DNA of 64,000 bases, taken from positions 64,001 through 128,000 of the forward strand of contig CBDBCZ010000018.1 of the NCBI GenBank assembly GCA_965203295.1. The letters are read 5' to 3'. The position numbers and the translations under genes were made by a program. The first letter of the stretch is position 1. Each line of letters begins with the position of its first letter. The DNA comes from Nitrospirales bacterium. Its GTDB lineage: Bacteria; Nitrospirota; Nitrospiria; Nitrospirales; UBA8639. Under the pieces are notes generated by a model, which worked only from the letters and a program-made list of their open reading frames with translations, searched no databases and was not told the origin of the DNA. Shown here one piece after another: positions 11,283-22,184 of the stretch.

Positions 11283-12047
11283 TTAGTTCACAGTAAGGTA
11301 TCCTTCGTACTCGTAGGCCCCTGCAGATGTAGTAACTTTGGCCATACTGCCAATAGTGGCAACCTTGACGTCTGTCTCAACGATGCCGTCAAATCCCAGG
11401 AGCAGACTTCCAATCATCACTGTGCGGTCACCAGCTCGCACACAGACCTCAAGCCTATTCTCATCAAGGATTTTAATGACGTGCTCGAGTGAACCGACGC
11501 TCCCTGAGATTGGGAACTTGTCTGCAACACTGAATAGGTACTCGTGCGCTCTAGCACCTGTTGGGCGTTCTCCATATATGAGGAGTGCTGCTTTACACGT
11601 GCCTCCTGTGCAGTCCCACAGAGCGAGAGTGACGAGGTCAGGTTTGGCAAGGGGTGTAGGTGGCATGTCTCTCTCCCCCATATGCATCCTAGGCCTCTTG
11701 GTTGCCATCCCCATTCCAGATGCTGTGCGCTTCTGCGCGACCCCTAGAGCAAAATGAAGGTTGTGTCGGAGCTGAGGGCAATCAGCGCGGTTTGTGCCCT
11801 CCATGACCTTCCTTGCGGCTTCCTCAGGCTGTAGGGATTCTAGGGTGGTTCTGTTAGCCAGGACAAACCCAATTACTGAGCCTCTGTCAGCTGAATCGAG
11901 CTTAGCTGCGAGCGTCCCTGCCACAATTTTGTCGACTTGTGATGTCTGTTTAGACATAGTTTTTTTCTCAACTTTAGAGCGCTGAACAGACAAAATGTCA
12001 CCAAACCTAACTCTAACACACTTTTGCCTATACCTCTGCTTATACAT
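11283..12047 (-). CDS. 254-aa orphan protein, left copy (true start may be MSKQTS)
   Basis: Protein identical to 24694-25458. Confidence 0.65.
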   Translation of the reverse strand: MYKQRYRQKCVRVRFGDILSVQRSKVEKKTMSKQTSQVDKIVAGTLAAKLDSADRGSVIGFVLANRTTLESLQPEEAARKVMEGTNRADCPQLRHNLHFALGVAQKRTASGMGMATKRPRMHMGERDMPPTPLAKPDLVTLALWDCTGGTCKAALLIYGERPTGARAHEYLFSVADKFPISGSVGSLEHVIKILDENRLEVCVRAGDRTVMIGSLLLGFDGIVETDVKVATIGSMAKVTTSAGAYEYEGYLTVN

Positions 12048-12519
12048 TTTGCTCTAGGGGTCGCGCAGAAGCGCACAGCATCTGGAATGGGGATGGCAAC
12101 CAAGAGGCCCTAGGATGCATATGGGGGAGAGAGACATGCCACCTACACCCCTTGCCAAACCTGACCTCGTCACTCTCGCTCTGTGGGACTGCACAGGAGG
12201 CACGTGTAAAGCAGCACTCCTCATATATGGAGAACGCCCAACAGGTGCTAGAGCGCACGAGTACCTATTCAGTGTTGCAGACAAGTTCCCAATCTCAGGG
12301 AGCGTCGGTTCACTCGAGCACGTCATTAAAATCCTTGATGAGAATAGGCTTGAGGTCTGTGTGCGAGCTGGTGACCGCACAGTGATGATTGGAAGTCTGC
12401 TCCTGGGATTTGACGGCATCGTTGAGACAGACGTCAAGGTTGCCACTATTGGCAGTATGGCCAAAGTTACTACATCTGCAGGGGCCTACGAGTACGAAGG
12501 ATACCTTACTGTGAACTAA
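12045..12519 (+). pseudogene. 5'-truncated copy of the 254-aa gene at the fold-back junction
   Basis: Starts mid-gene and carries an extra C (gaggccctagg vs gaggcctagg). Confidence 0.8.
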
Positions 12520-12637
12520 AGAGCAGAACAGAGAGAGAGAGAGACAGAGACTCCCTATTGTGTAGTGTAGTTAGTGTAGTAGAAGTATACATATGTATGA
12601 GCTGTTATTAAAGATTCTCTGATAAATATCTGGTAAA

Positions 12638-12912
12638 ATGGCTGTTGGGTACATAAAGGCTGACACTGACGTCTTCCTGCGGGCTCTTGAGGCTAAAGGA
12701 CAGATCTACGCACTGCTGACATATCCAAAGGAGAGTCTCACTGTTGTGTTTGCCGGGCAGAAACTGATTACTGAGTCCCTGAGTGTATGCGCGATTGGCT
12801 GACTGGAACAAGAGCGCAGATGTACACTATAACTGGAAATGGCCTAATGCTACATTATGGACCTTTGGAGCGCAGGAAGATTATCTTTTACACTAGTCAC
12901 ATGATCAAATGA
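12638..12912 (+). pseudogene. Internally deleted, frameshifted copy of the 101/103-aa gene
   Basis: Near 12775 it lacks the acactatattctggctacagcaaggcaccca segment present at ~25715-25745. Confidence 0.8.
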
Positions 12913-14270
12913 AGTATAATTATTGTTTAATTGATAAAATGGCGACACCTACTCCAACCCCCCCAAATCCTACTGTTGCTACTCTTAAACAAGTAACCAA
13001 ACCTACTGTTCCTAAGTTTAAAGGGATGTGTTGGGGTACCCAAGTCGACTGTTACCCAGACGGAGAACCAGAAGACGTAGTGACGTATGCCACTCTGCTA
13101 ACACCCCCTGAAGAAGGAAAGGAGTGGTCAGTGTTTGATGGCATTGACTTATTGAAGTATGCAGCTCAAGCTGAACCATCCTACGATACAGCCGCTGATG
13201 CAGTCAACTGCACTGTTGCTCGCGAATTGAAAATCACCCTTACACCACCAGTGCTCCACAGGCCTGGATGTTACATTGCTGTTCCAGCTGCGCGGACAGT
13301 ACAGGTACTAAACGGTGTGAAGAGCCAATATTACGGCATTTCAGTGTACGTTACTGTTGCTAGTAGGGGAGTCACTGCCAAAGTCTCTATCGAACTTGTT
13401 TCATCTGCTAAAGCAATCGAGAAGGTAATCGCTGAAGAACAGACAGCCACCAAGTCTGTAGTCCCAGAGAGTGACATAGCCCCTTTCCAGAAGATCTACA
13501 CTTCTCTCACAGAATACAAGCCTGAATTCCTGGCCAGGCGAGATTACCAGGTGGCTACTGCCCTAATGCAAGTCGCTGAGGTCACCACTGGTGAGGGAGA
13601 GCACAAAGCAGCACATTACTACCTAGATTGTGACCTGAGCATGACTGCTGTCACAGCACCAGAGGTTAAGCGACTGACAAACATAGTTATGCCACAAAAT
13701 ACCATCTACACACTTGCACTCCTCGAAGCAATGCCTGGGCCCATCGTATATGTCCAAGCTGACGACCCCAAATACACCCAAGTCATGTCTCCCAAAGTGA
13801 GAGCACCAATGGGTGTCGCAATTGAGGTGAAAATACAGAGAGTAAAGATACCAAATGCCCAGTATTATGCTGCCACTAAGATAAAGTTTCCCAAATCACT
13901 AGATTGGAAGTGGAGCAGGGTTTCTTCTCAACAGTACCACCTCGTTTACAATGATGGAGCATTCCACGTTCTCCAGTGGAAGGAAAAGCCACTCCCTTCT
14001 GAACTCACACACATACAGTCTGATGAGAGCAAGCCATACATAAACCAGGCACTGATCCCTTCCCTGCATCTAGCCAACCCTTCAGATTTCAAAAATATCG
14101 AGGACCTGTACATGTCAGAAGCAGAGTACAGTGCACAAACACCACAACAGAAATGTGATCTCTACACTAGAGCATTCAGACACTTCCAGACACTTGAGAC
14201 AACTGGCCTCAGCAAAGTCCTGAAAAACAAGAAAGAAGAAGTATTAATGGACACATCTAACTCATATTGA
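12909..14270 (+). CDS. 453-aa orphan protein (candidate virion protein)
   Basis: Differs from the left copy by one residue (T/A in MGVTI/MGVAI). Confidence 0.7.
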   Translation: MKYNYCLIDKMATPTPTPPNPTVATLKQVTKPTVPKFKGMCWGTQVDCYPDGEPEDVVTYATLLTPPEEGKEWSVFDGIDLLKYAAQAEPSYDTAADAVNCTVARELKITLTPPVLHRPGCYIAVPAARTVQVLNGVKSQYYGISVYVTVASRGVTAKVSIELVSSAKAIEKVIAEEQTATKSVVPESDIAPFQKIYTSLTEYKPEFLARRDYQVATALMQVAEVTTGEGEHKAAHYYLDCDLSMTAVTAPEVKRLTNIVMPQNTIYTLALLEAMPGPIVYVQADDPKYTQVMSPKVRAPMGVAIEVKIQRVKIPNAQYYAATKIKFPKSLDWKWSRVSSQQYHLVYNDGAFHVLQWKEKPLPSELTHIQSDESKPYINQALIPSLHLANPSDFKNIEDLYMSEAEYSAQTPQQKCDLYTRAFRHFQTLETTGLSKVLKNKKEEVLMDTSNSY

Positions 14271-14488
14271 GTTCTGTACTTACCACTGTGTATATCGCAT
14301 GCTGCTTCTATATCTTTAAGAGATATTCTCTTGCCACCTCTATGCTCACACATTCTAACAGCCACAGATAATACAAGGCAGAGATGGGTGTGTAGAATGC
14401 CTGACAAATCTCTGAGTGCAGCAGCACTGCATTTAACACCATGAGCTCTCGTTGAGGCATTCACCAAGCGCTTCAGAGGCAACTTCAT
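14162..14488 (-). CDS. Divergent tailless histone H3-like fold protein, right copy
   Basis: Protein identical to 9277-9603. Confidence 0.75.
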   Translation of the reverse strand: MKLPLKRLVNASTRAHGVKCSAAALRDLSGILHTHLCLVLSVAVRMCEHRGGKRISLKDIEAACDIHSGKYRTQYELDVSINTSSFLFFRTLLRPVVSSVWKCLNALV

Positions 14489-14973
14489 GCTTATGCTAAT
14501 GACCCAGCCTCTTTCCTCTCAATAAAACACATTCCCACATTCCCCACTTTAGGCGTAATATACACTTCCTGGTATTACGCCCTCAAAAAGGGAATCACAT
14601 ACATTCCCCATCTCCACAACGACATTCACAGAGCACGCGTGCTGTCACGAGATACATTCCCCATAGACATTCCCCACAGACTCCCCACCATACATTCCCC
14701 AACATTCCCCCACCACACATTCCCCTTGCCACACCCACACTAAATCACCCCATGGGTGTGGCACAAAAATATTGACATCTCGTGCGAGAACTGTGTGAAT
14801 ATCATCTATAAAGGCGCGCAGCCATAAACCACTAGATCTAATGAGAGATAGTACCTAAAAAGGCGCGCACACACCTGTAACATGATTGGCTAATACACAA
14901 CTGACCAACCAAATCACTCCAGCCAAGTACAAAAAAAGCAACTTCAGGCTAGAGATCAGTTACATTTTGCACT
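14489..14973. promoter_or_regulatory. Bidirectional promoter / candidate replication origin of the element
   Basis: Many CATTCCC(C) repeats at 14530-14725; stem-loop GGCGTAATA-12nt-TATTACGCC at 14552-14581; TATAAAGGCGCGCA and TAAAAAGGCGCGCA near 14807 and 14856; ATTGG box near 14885; TCAGT near 14956. Confidence 0.55.
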
Positions 14974-15264
14974 ATGAGTGCATCTGTACAGAACCTTCCT
15001 GCAGTTAAATCTGCTAGAAAGGTAGCTATAGACACAGTTACTGTTCAAACAGCGAGTGCAGCTAATATAGCTATCACTACACAGCAAGGAGGCTACTATA
15101 TAACTACCCTGCGCGCTGGAGAGACTAGAATAACTGTCAGGAGCGAAACCCGGCTACAAATCGCCAGCAGAAAGTGGAAGCGCAGTGGAATCTGCTAGAC
15201 AACACTCGTTGGGGTCACAGCTACAGATACAGTCACAAACCAATCTACAGACCTCCTCCAGTGA
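14974..15264 (+). pseudogene. 96-aa orphan gene, right copy with a nonsense mutation
   Basis: GAG in the left copy is TAG at 15196-15198. Confidence 0.6.
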
Positions 15265-15266
15265 TC

Positions 15267-17546
15267 ATGGCACACAAACCACCAGTAAGTGCAGAGTCTA
15301 CCTTTGTAGCAACGGGTCAGAGAGCATTAGGGAAGAAACCCACAGCTGGGAGACTAGCTGAGCTGCTATATCAGATGGCAATGCGCACAAACACTACCCC
15401 TGAAGCCATTAACCCCTCAGCAATAAGTGCCCTTTATGCCCAATACAGAGCATCTGGCCAAATATCTAAAGCACAGTTACACTGTGCTTCAACTCTGGCT
15501 TGGGTAGATTTAGACAGTGAAAGTATGTGCGCACTGGGACACGCAGGCATCATCCCTTATTGCAAGGGTACAGAGCCCTCAAAGCAAGACCAAGTAGACA
15601 GTGTTCTGTATGGGTGGCCATCCATAATACAAGAGTTTGTGAGGGTCCATGCCAACACCAGGGGGGCCTCTCTGGCTATGCTCAGTCACAGCCAACCCTC
15701 TGAATGGGGGTTGGGCTTCCAATGCCACACCTACAGCCTCACACTAGCAGGAGTCGCACTCAAGACATCCCTCACCCCAATATCCAAAGGTGCTACACAA
15801 AGCACACCTTGCCCCAGTTGTAACAAGGGCATAGTTGCCCAAGGGTTTGCTGGAGTTGGAACAAAGGCCCAAACACTGGCACTCCATGCCTTCTACTGTC
15901 AGTTTACAACCCCCCAATACACTGTGACACTTGCTCAGATACCACCTAGGCTTCAACCACTCTCAGAGCAGTATGGTCAGTGTCCAGTGTGTAAAGCCCC
16001 AGTGCACAAAGCTGCAGTGAGTAGCCACACAGAGCTCTGTGCACATATATACCTCAATATACCTGATCAACCACTGCCTGGGTTTGCCCAAATTGTGTGC
16101 CCCAAATGCCCAACAGCCAGATATATGCCTATCCCGAGTTCTGAAACCCCCCTTGGGCACACACCCAAATCTGTGGCATCAGAGTCACAAACTATGTGGA
16201 AAGAACTTGTAGACACCCATACAAGGGCACACAACTATCCAGCCAAACCCCCCAACACCCCTGCTGGTACTACAGCTGTTAAATATGGCTGTGACCTGAG
16301 AAACATGCTAACCAATATTTCACCCAATACCATTATTGGAGACATGACCCCAGTACAATCAAAGATTAGGTCTGTCACAATCACTCAGTCAAGTGGACAG
16401 TCTGTTGTGTATGACACACAAACCCTACTCACTGCTGTGAGAGCTGAGCTAACTAGCCACACAGTACAGAGAGTGATAGGCCACTATAGTGATGGAGACC
16501 CCACCCCAGCAGACAGCACCTCACTCACACATCAGGCTCTGACAGCATTGTTTGGGGGGAAATATGCTGCATTTAAAGAAAATGCAGGTGACCCACTCAC
16601 AGCAGAGTTAATACAGTACTACCCAACAGATATTGGTCAGGCCCTTGTAAAGGGAAACAAAATACCTACCAAAAAAGTCAGTGGTGCCCCAAACAAAAGG
16701 AAAAGGACCCAAACACCAAAGCCTACACCTACACCAAGAATTACAAGGAGCCAATCCCGGTCTAGGGGAACACACAAGACACCTACAGGTGCAGACACAG
16801 ATATTGAGAGTGATGTGGCTCAAGAAACAGATGCTGAAGGAGAGTCAGAGCACCCTAGCAAAAAAAGGTAAGCACTGTTACATTCCCCAAAAATAGACAC
16901 TCCCCAAATGCAATTTAGACCTTCCCCAAAAGCAAAAAGACATTCCCCAAAACCCATTCCCCAAAGCACACTCCTCAAAAACACATTCCCCATCTGACAC
17001 CCAACATTCCACTAACCCTGCCCCTTTCCCCCCAGGAAACTGTCTGAGGCTGAAAAGGCCAAGAGGGCAGCACAAGCAGCAGCTAAAAAGGCTGAGAAGG
17101 CTGCTAAAGATGCACAACAAACACTCAGAGCAGTAAGAGCCCAAACACCAGCACCCAAGAGCCCCAAACAAGCATCTAAAGCTAAACCCAAAAAGGGCAC
17201 CAAGACACCCACCAAGAAACCAGCAAAGAAGGAGGAGAAACAGCCTGCCAAAATACCAGGTGAGCACATAATCTCCAGAGCTAATTTGAAGAGACTATCA
17301 AAGGCATGTGGGGCAAATGAAATAGCCTCTAAATGTACACATGTGTTACAAGGGCACTTAGTAGAGTACCTACAGAAAGTGATAGACAGTGGGTGCAGGT
17401 GTGCTGTGAGAGAGGGGAACCCTACCCTCACATCACTACACCTCACACCCCACACAGGTCCAGTCAAGACAACTCTTTCTAGAGTTGCCAAGAGTTGTGG
17501 AGAGCTTAAGACAGAGCTTGAAAGCATCCTGCAGAGATACACATGA
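15267..17546 (+). CDS. Spliced ~700-aa protein: C2HC/C2H2 zinc fingers (one UBZ4/Rad18-like), Lys/Ala/Pro-rich H1-like tract, C-terminal H4-like histone fold; intron 16868-17035
   Basis: Donor AG|GTAAGC, branch CACTAAC and a pyrimidine tract + CAG give an in-frame join. CPVC..HTELC and CPSC..HAFYC fingers. ISRANLKRLSKACGANEIAS..LVEYLQKVI..TLTSLHL parallels H4 ITKPAIRRLARRGGVKRIS..LKVFLENVI..TVTAMDV. Confidence 0.78.
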
Positions 17547-20500
17547 ACACCACTGCACACATGCACACACACAAACACACAGAGTTTATTCTTACAGAGG
17601 CAGAGCACAATAGCACATCAGAAACAGAGAGTAGTAACAGTGCAAGTGAGTCTATGGTAGATTTCATAAATGATGAATCAGTTGAACAAGGCACCCCTCC
17701 ACCAATTAAGCACCCCCCCAATATGTGTGATGTAACAATGGAAGAAACACCTCCACCCCTCCCACCTCCAATATCACAACTCTACACAGCACCCCCAAGA
17801 AGCCCCCCTACCCACACACTAGCTATTATACCCCCAATGAGGACTCAATGCTCAACACAGGGAGAGAGATTAACAAGGAGGGATACCTTGCTTAGAGCAA
17901 TGCAAGACCAAATACAAGCAGCTGACTACCACTACAAAGACAAACCACCTAGGCCACCTATCTTTCAAGCCCACTCAACATAGGCCCAATTCAACAGAAT
18001 ATACAAAAAAACCCACCCTAAACCCACCAACCAACACATGACCAGCTATGAAAAAGAAATGTTCACTGCATACCAACACAGCCTAGCAGTCCAGAGGTTA
18101 GAATTGCAGGTGCAATATAACACAGAGAAAAGGTGGCACCAAGAGGCTATTGAACAGGCAGTGAGAGACCAACAGCAGATCAGAGAGGAGTTCCAAACCC
18201 AATTTGAATATGAAGGTCTACACCAAACACCAGTCCACAGTAAAGCAGAAGTGCTTCAGATGGAAACAGCAGACACACAAGCAAACACTACTCCACCTGA
18301 CAGCCCAGGGCTAAACTATGGGTGCATCTATACACCCTCACCTGAGGTAAGTACACAATCCACCCCAACACCCTCACCTACTAGAGCAAAGAAAAGGGTG
18401 ACATTCATTCTAGACTCTAGTGAATCTGAAGGACAAGAGGAAAGTGATGCAGAAAGTATTATAACACCAGTCAAGAGACATAAGCAACTGACACTCCCTA
18501 TGCAATCTACCCCCACCAAGGGAGCTGCACCCACAATCCTTAAGAGAGTAAGAGAAAGCCTCTTGGAGCAGGTTGGGGAACTCAACAGTTTAGATGAAGA
18601 GGAAGAACAGAGCCTATTATCCAAAGTGGCAGACATTGCTAACATCCAGAATACCATCAAGCAACAAATAGAAACATCACAGCTAGAACAGGCCTCTATT
18701 GCAGAAGAACCAGAAGTGATGATCACCTATGGCCTAGAAAAGGCTGACAGAGGTACACTGCGAGAAATCCAGAAGCACCTGAGACCAATAAATACATTAG
18801 CAGATGGAAACTGCCTGTACAGAGCTATTGCTGTGTCCAAACATCCACAAGGTGTCATGCAACCTGGCAAAGTAAGTGATTGGCCAGTGATTAAGAACCA
18901 AATAATGCAACATCACTCTGAATGTAAAATACACCACACATCAGCAAAGGCTGCAGACACAGAGTTACAGAAAGTCATGGGTGAGGGGTCCTGGGGGACA
19001 ACATTTGAACTGGAAGCATACTGTCACCTTAAGGGATACATAGCCTTTCTGAAGAGTCACAACAAATGGTCTGCTATAAATGCCTCAGAGGTAAACAACC
19101 CTCACATAAATGGAGTGATATATATCACCCTCTCTGGCCAACACTTCTCTGGGAATATTCCTACTACCCCCAACCTTCACCAACAGTTCTTCAGAGCTCT
19201 TGACATACACAGAGAATATTACCCTACTAGCATGCTGACACAGATGCCAGCCATTGAACCACCACCCACTAGCAAATATCCTATCCCTGGAGCAACAGAT
19301 AAGTGTGTGTCAGACATACTTGGAGAGGTGCAAACAGCTGCACTCAGAGGAAGGTTTAAGAGAGCATATGCCAAGATACTGCAATATGTCAAACACAAAT
19401 GGAGTGAGAACTGGATCAGGTGCCTGTATGGGTATAAGTGTAGCAACCTCTACCTAGACAGGCAGAGTGTACAGTTACTCTCCCAGACCCTCTTCCTAGC
19501 TGTGAGGCGAGACGTAGATGAGATTGAGGCCCCTTTCTGGTGGTTAGTGACAAAGATACAGCAAGAGGAACAACTCTCAATCAAAATCTGTCAAAACCAA
19601 ATAACACCTGATACAGTGAACAGGGCCTTTGCTGTTCCCAAGTGGAGGTTACAAGAAATGTACCATGGGGTGGCAATCTCAGCTCTCACCAAACCCACTA
19701 GACAACAGTTTAAAAAATCACAGATAGCATGCCTCAAGATCAGTGGAGAGACCCTCACCTACAGCTTTGATCAGGGGCAAGATCTGCTTCTAGCAGCAGC
19801 CACTGTGAGTCACAGACACCCAGACACCCCTGTACCTGAAATACACAGTAACTGGCACTACTGGTCCACCCAGCTAAAGTCCAAACTTGCTGTCAACTTC
19901 TTCTCAGACATTGGGACAGACAAACACTTTGACCTAAAAGTAGAGGGTGAATCAGCCCCATTTCTACTCCCCATATTCAGCCTATATGGTGGCTTTGACC
20001 AGACCCTGAAAGAATACAGGAAACAAATCCTTCAGAAAGCATGGGACCAAAACAATACAGAAAACCTCACAGAGCTATACAAAGCCTCATACAGTATGCA
20101 GTCTAATGCTGCATTATATGCTGCTATTGAAGAGGGAGACTCTGTATTCACTCAGACCACACACCCTGTACTGCCACATTTTGCCTATGGATGTGCAGAT
20201 GCAGCAAAGTTTATTGAAGAAGGCCTACCATGCATAGTAGCACCAAACAAAATTGGTGAGAGTATACAGGAAGCCTTGTCAGTCACACCTAAATGTAATG
20301 ACAAAAGATGCAAAACCTGGGACCTCACCCACCACCACCTCATAGCTGGAATACAGGGTGCAGAGAGAGACAACCTGGGGCACCAGTTCCACTGTGCCTT
20401 TATTACCATTACATCCTCTGTGAATATGGCTACACCTGAAACATACATGAGGGCAGTCCTCAGCCTGCCACACATACAAAACAACCTTGAAGCAATGATG

Positions 20501-22117
20501 AGAGAGATAAATGCCATCCCACTAGTTTACAGCAGTTGTATAGAGACACACCCGGGCAAGCAGAGAAGCAAGAAGAAGGAAGAGCCTCAAGAACCTGATG
20601 TAGTCCCCCCCCCTGCAGACTGAGCACCACACAGCAGCAGCAGCAGACGAAATGGCCTCTGGGTATGCAGCAGTCTCAAAGCCAACCCTCAAGGGAAATG
20701 CCCACATACACATTGGGCTCATGATGCTGGCCAACAGAGGCCAAGTACCAATGGGACACCATTACAAACCTAAGCTCACCAAATACCATGCTAGTGATCA
20801 CATACACATACAAGTGAACAACACCCACATCAGGGAGAAAGCAATGAAACAGAAAGGCCCAGGAGATCCTATGATCTCAACCCAATCACATGCTGAGAAG
20901 ATACTTGCCTACACCATAAAAACAGCTGCCAACAAAAGAAGCCACCTCTCTATGCGGACTCTAGGCTCTTTAGAGAGCAAGTTTACATGTAAAATAGCTG
21001 TATACAGCCAACACCTCACCTATTGGCTCTCAGAGGTGGCACAGAGACAACACCCTATTCTTCTCGAAACAGTGACACCTCTAGAAACCACACCTATTCC
21101 CCCACCAGAAAACCCTATATTGGGTGAGGCAGAATCAGGGTGTACCCTCAAACAAAGACAGGAAATAACTGCCATGAAGTTTGTATACCACCAGTGCAAG
21201 AAAGCCCCTGGCAAAAGTGGCACCAAACACAGAGACCCTAGATCAGTGCTTACCTCACTTAGATGGAAAGAGAGTAATCCCCTTGGATTCATGCTCAGTG
21301 ATGCAAAGATCAAAGAGATAGATAGAGACCTAAACGAGGACTCTTTTGATTCTGCTCCACCTTCACCCAAGGGACCCTATGTACCTGGGGTTGCACAAGC
21401 TGAGTTGTGCGCTTGGCTTAGAGCAAGGATGTCTCCCAGAGAAGCAAAGATGCTCATTACCCATCTATCAACATACATGTACCCCAGAGTGAGAAAGGCT
21501 AAGCAGATTTTCATAAAAGGTGTCCCAAATGCTGGGAAAGCCACCTTTAAGGAGCTGCTGGAGAGTGTGTTTTATCCACGCTGCTTTAACGTTGCAGCAG
21601 AGCACAGTTCAGCTTTCACAGCCTGTGCCTTTGGCCAGAAAGCATCAGATGCTATATGGCTACTTGATGAAGCACACATCCACCTGATATCCAGTATCCC
21701 TCCCCCAGAATTTAACATGATTACAGAGGGTGGACCAAAGAACAAGATCAGAGTTGCAAAGAAACTGCAGGGACAAACCACTGTTAGGTATGCAGGTTTC
21801 ACAATAATACTCTCAAACTACACCCCCCTGGAGCTACTCAAAGGAGACAGCACTAGAGTGCTTGAGTTTGAGGCGAGGTATGTAAACAACACTTAAAGTA
21901 AAGTACCTATGCAATTAATTGTGTATACTCCACCTGCAGATTCCGTGAATACACTCTAAACAAACCACAGAACCAGCGGATATCCCCTGACTATCAAATC
22001 ACCACACCCCAACACTTGAAGAGAGACTTGCAGACCCTCCTAGATGGACTACCACAGTCTGAATATCCAGATCTCGCCCTTGACCCAGATAACCTCCCGT
22101 GGAGGAACATTGAGTGA
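17543..22117 (+). CDS. Replication protein OTU protease + HUH endonuclease + SF3 helicase (~1500 aa reconstructed); this copy has a TAG at 17981 and a +1 frameshift in the C9 run at 20605-20613; intron 21878-21939
   Basis: OTU: DGNCLYRA, WGTTFEL, GQHF. HUH: AFITIT, NAHIHIG, AYTIK. SF3: GVPNAGKAT, WLLDEA, IILSN, and EARF restored by splicing. Confidence 0.82.
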
Positions 22118-22184
22118 CACTTTAGCAGAAAATAACCCCCTTCACCCCCATTAAGCATTGTGCACAATATGTTTGATATAAAGT

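Larger units (their letters stand above)
1..12048 (-). mobile_element. Inverted (left-arm) copy of the ~13-kb virus-like OTU-HUH-SF3/histone element; continues beyond the window start and is interrupted by piggyBac at 2771-6234
   Basis: 1-2770 is the reverse complement of 17506-20275, and 6235-11756 is the reverse complement of 12045-17509. The same ORFs (565, 453, 108, 254 aa) occur on opposite strands. Confidence 0.9.

Noticed and set aside
1..20275. Pure sequencing fold-back artefact
   Set aside because: The arms differ by a TSD-flanked transposon, indels and substitutions; an allele chimera is not fully excluded without reads.
17543..22117. Helitron/Helentron RepHel (suggested by OTU + HUH)
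   Set aside because: The helicase has compact SF3 Walker A/B/C motifs rather than PIF1-like SF1, and no Helitron termini are seen.
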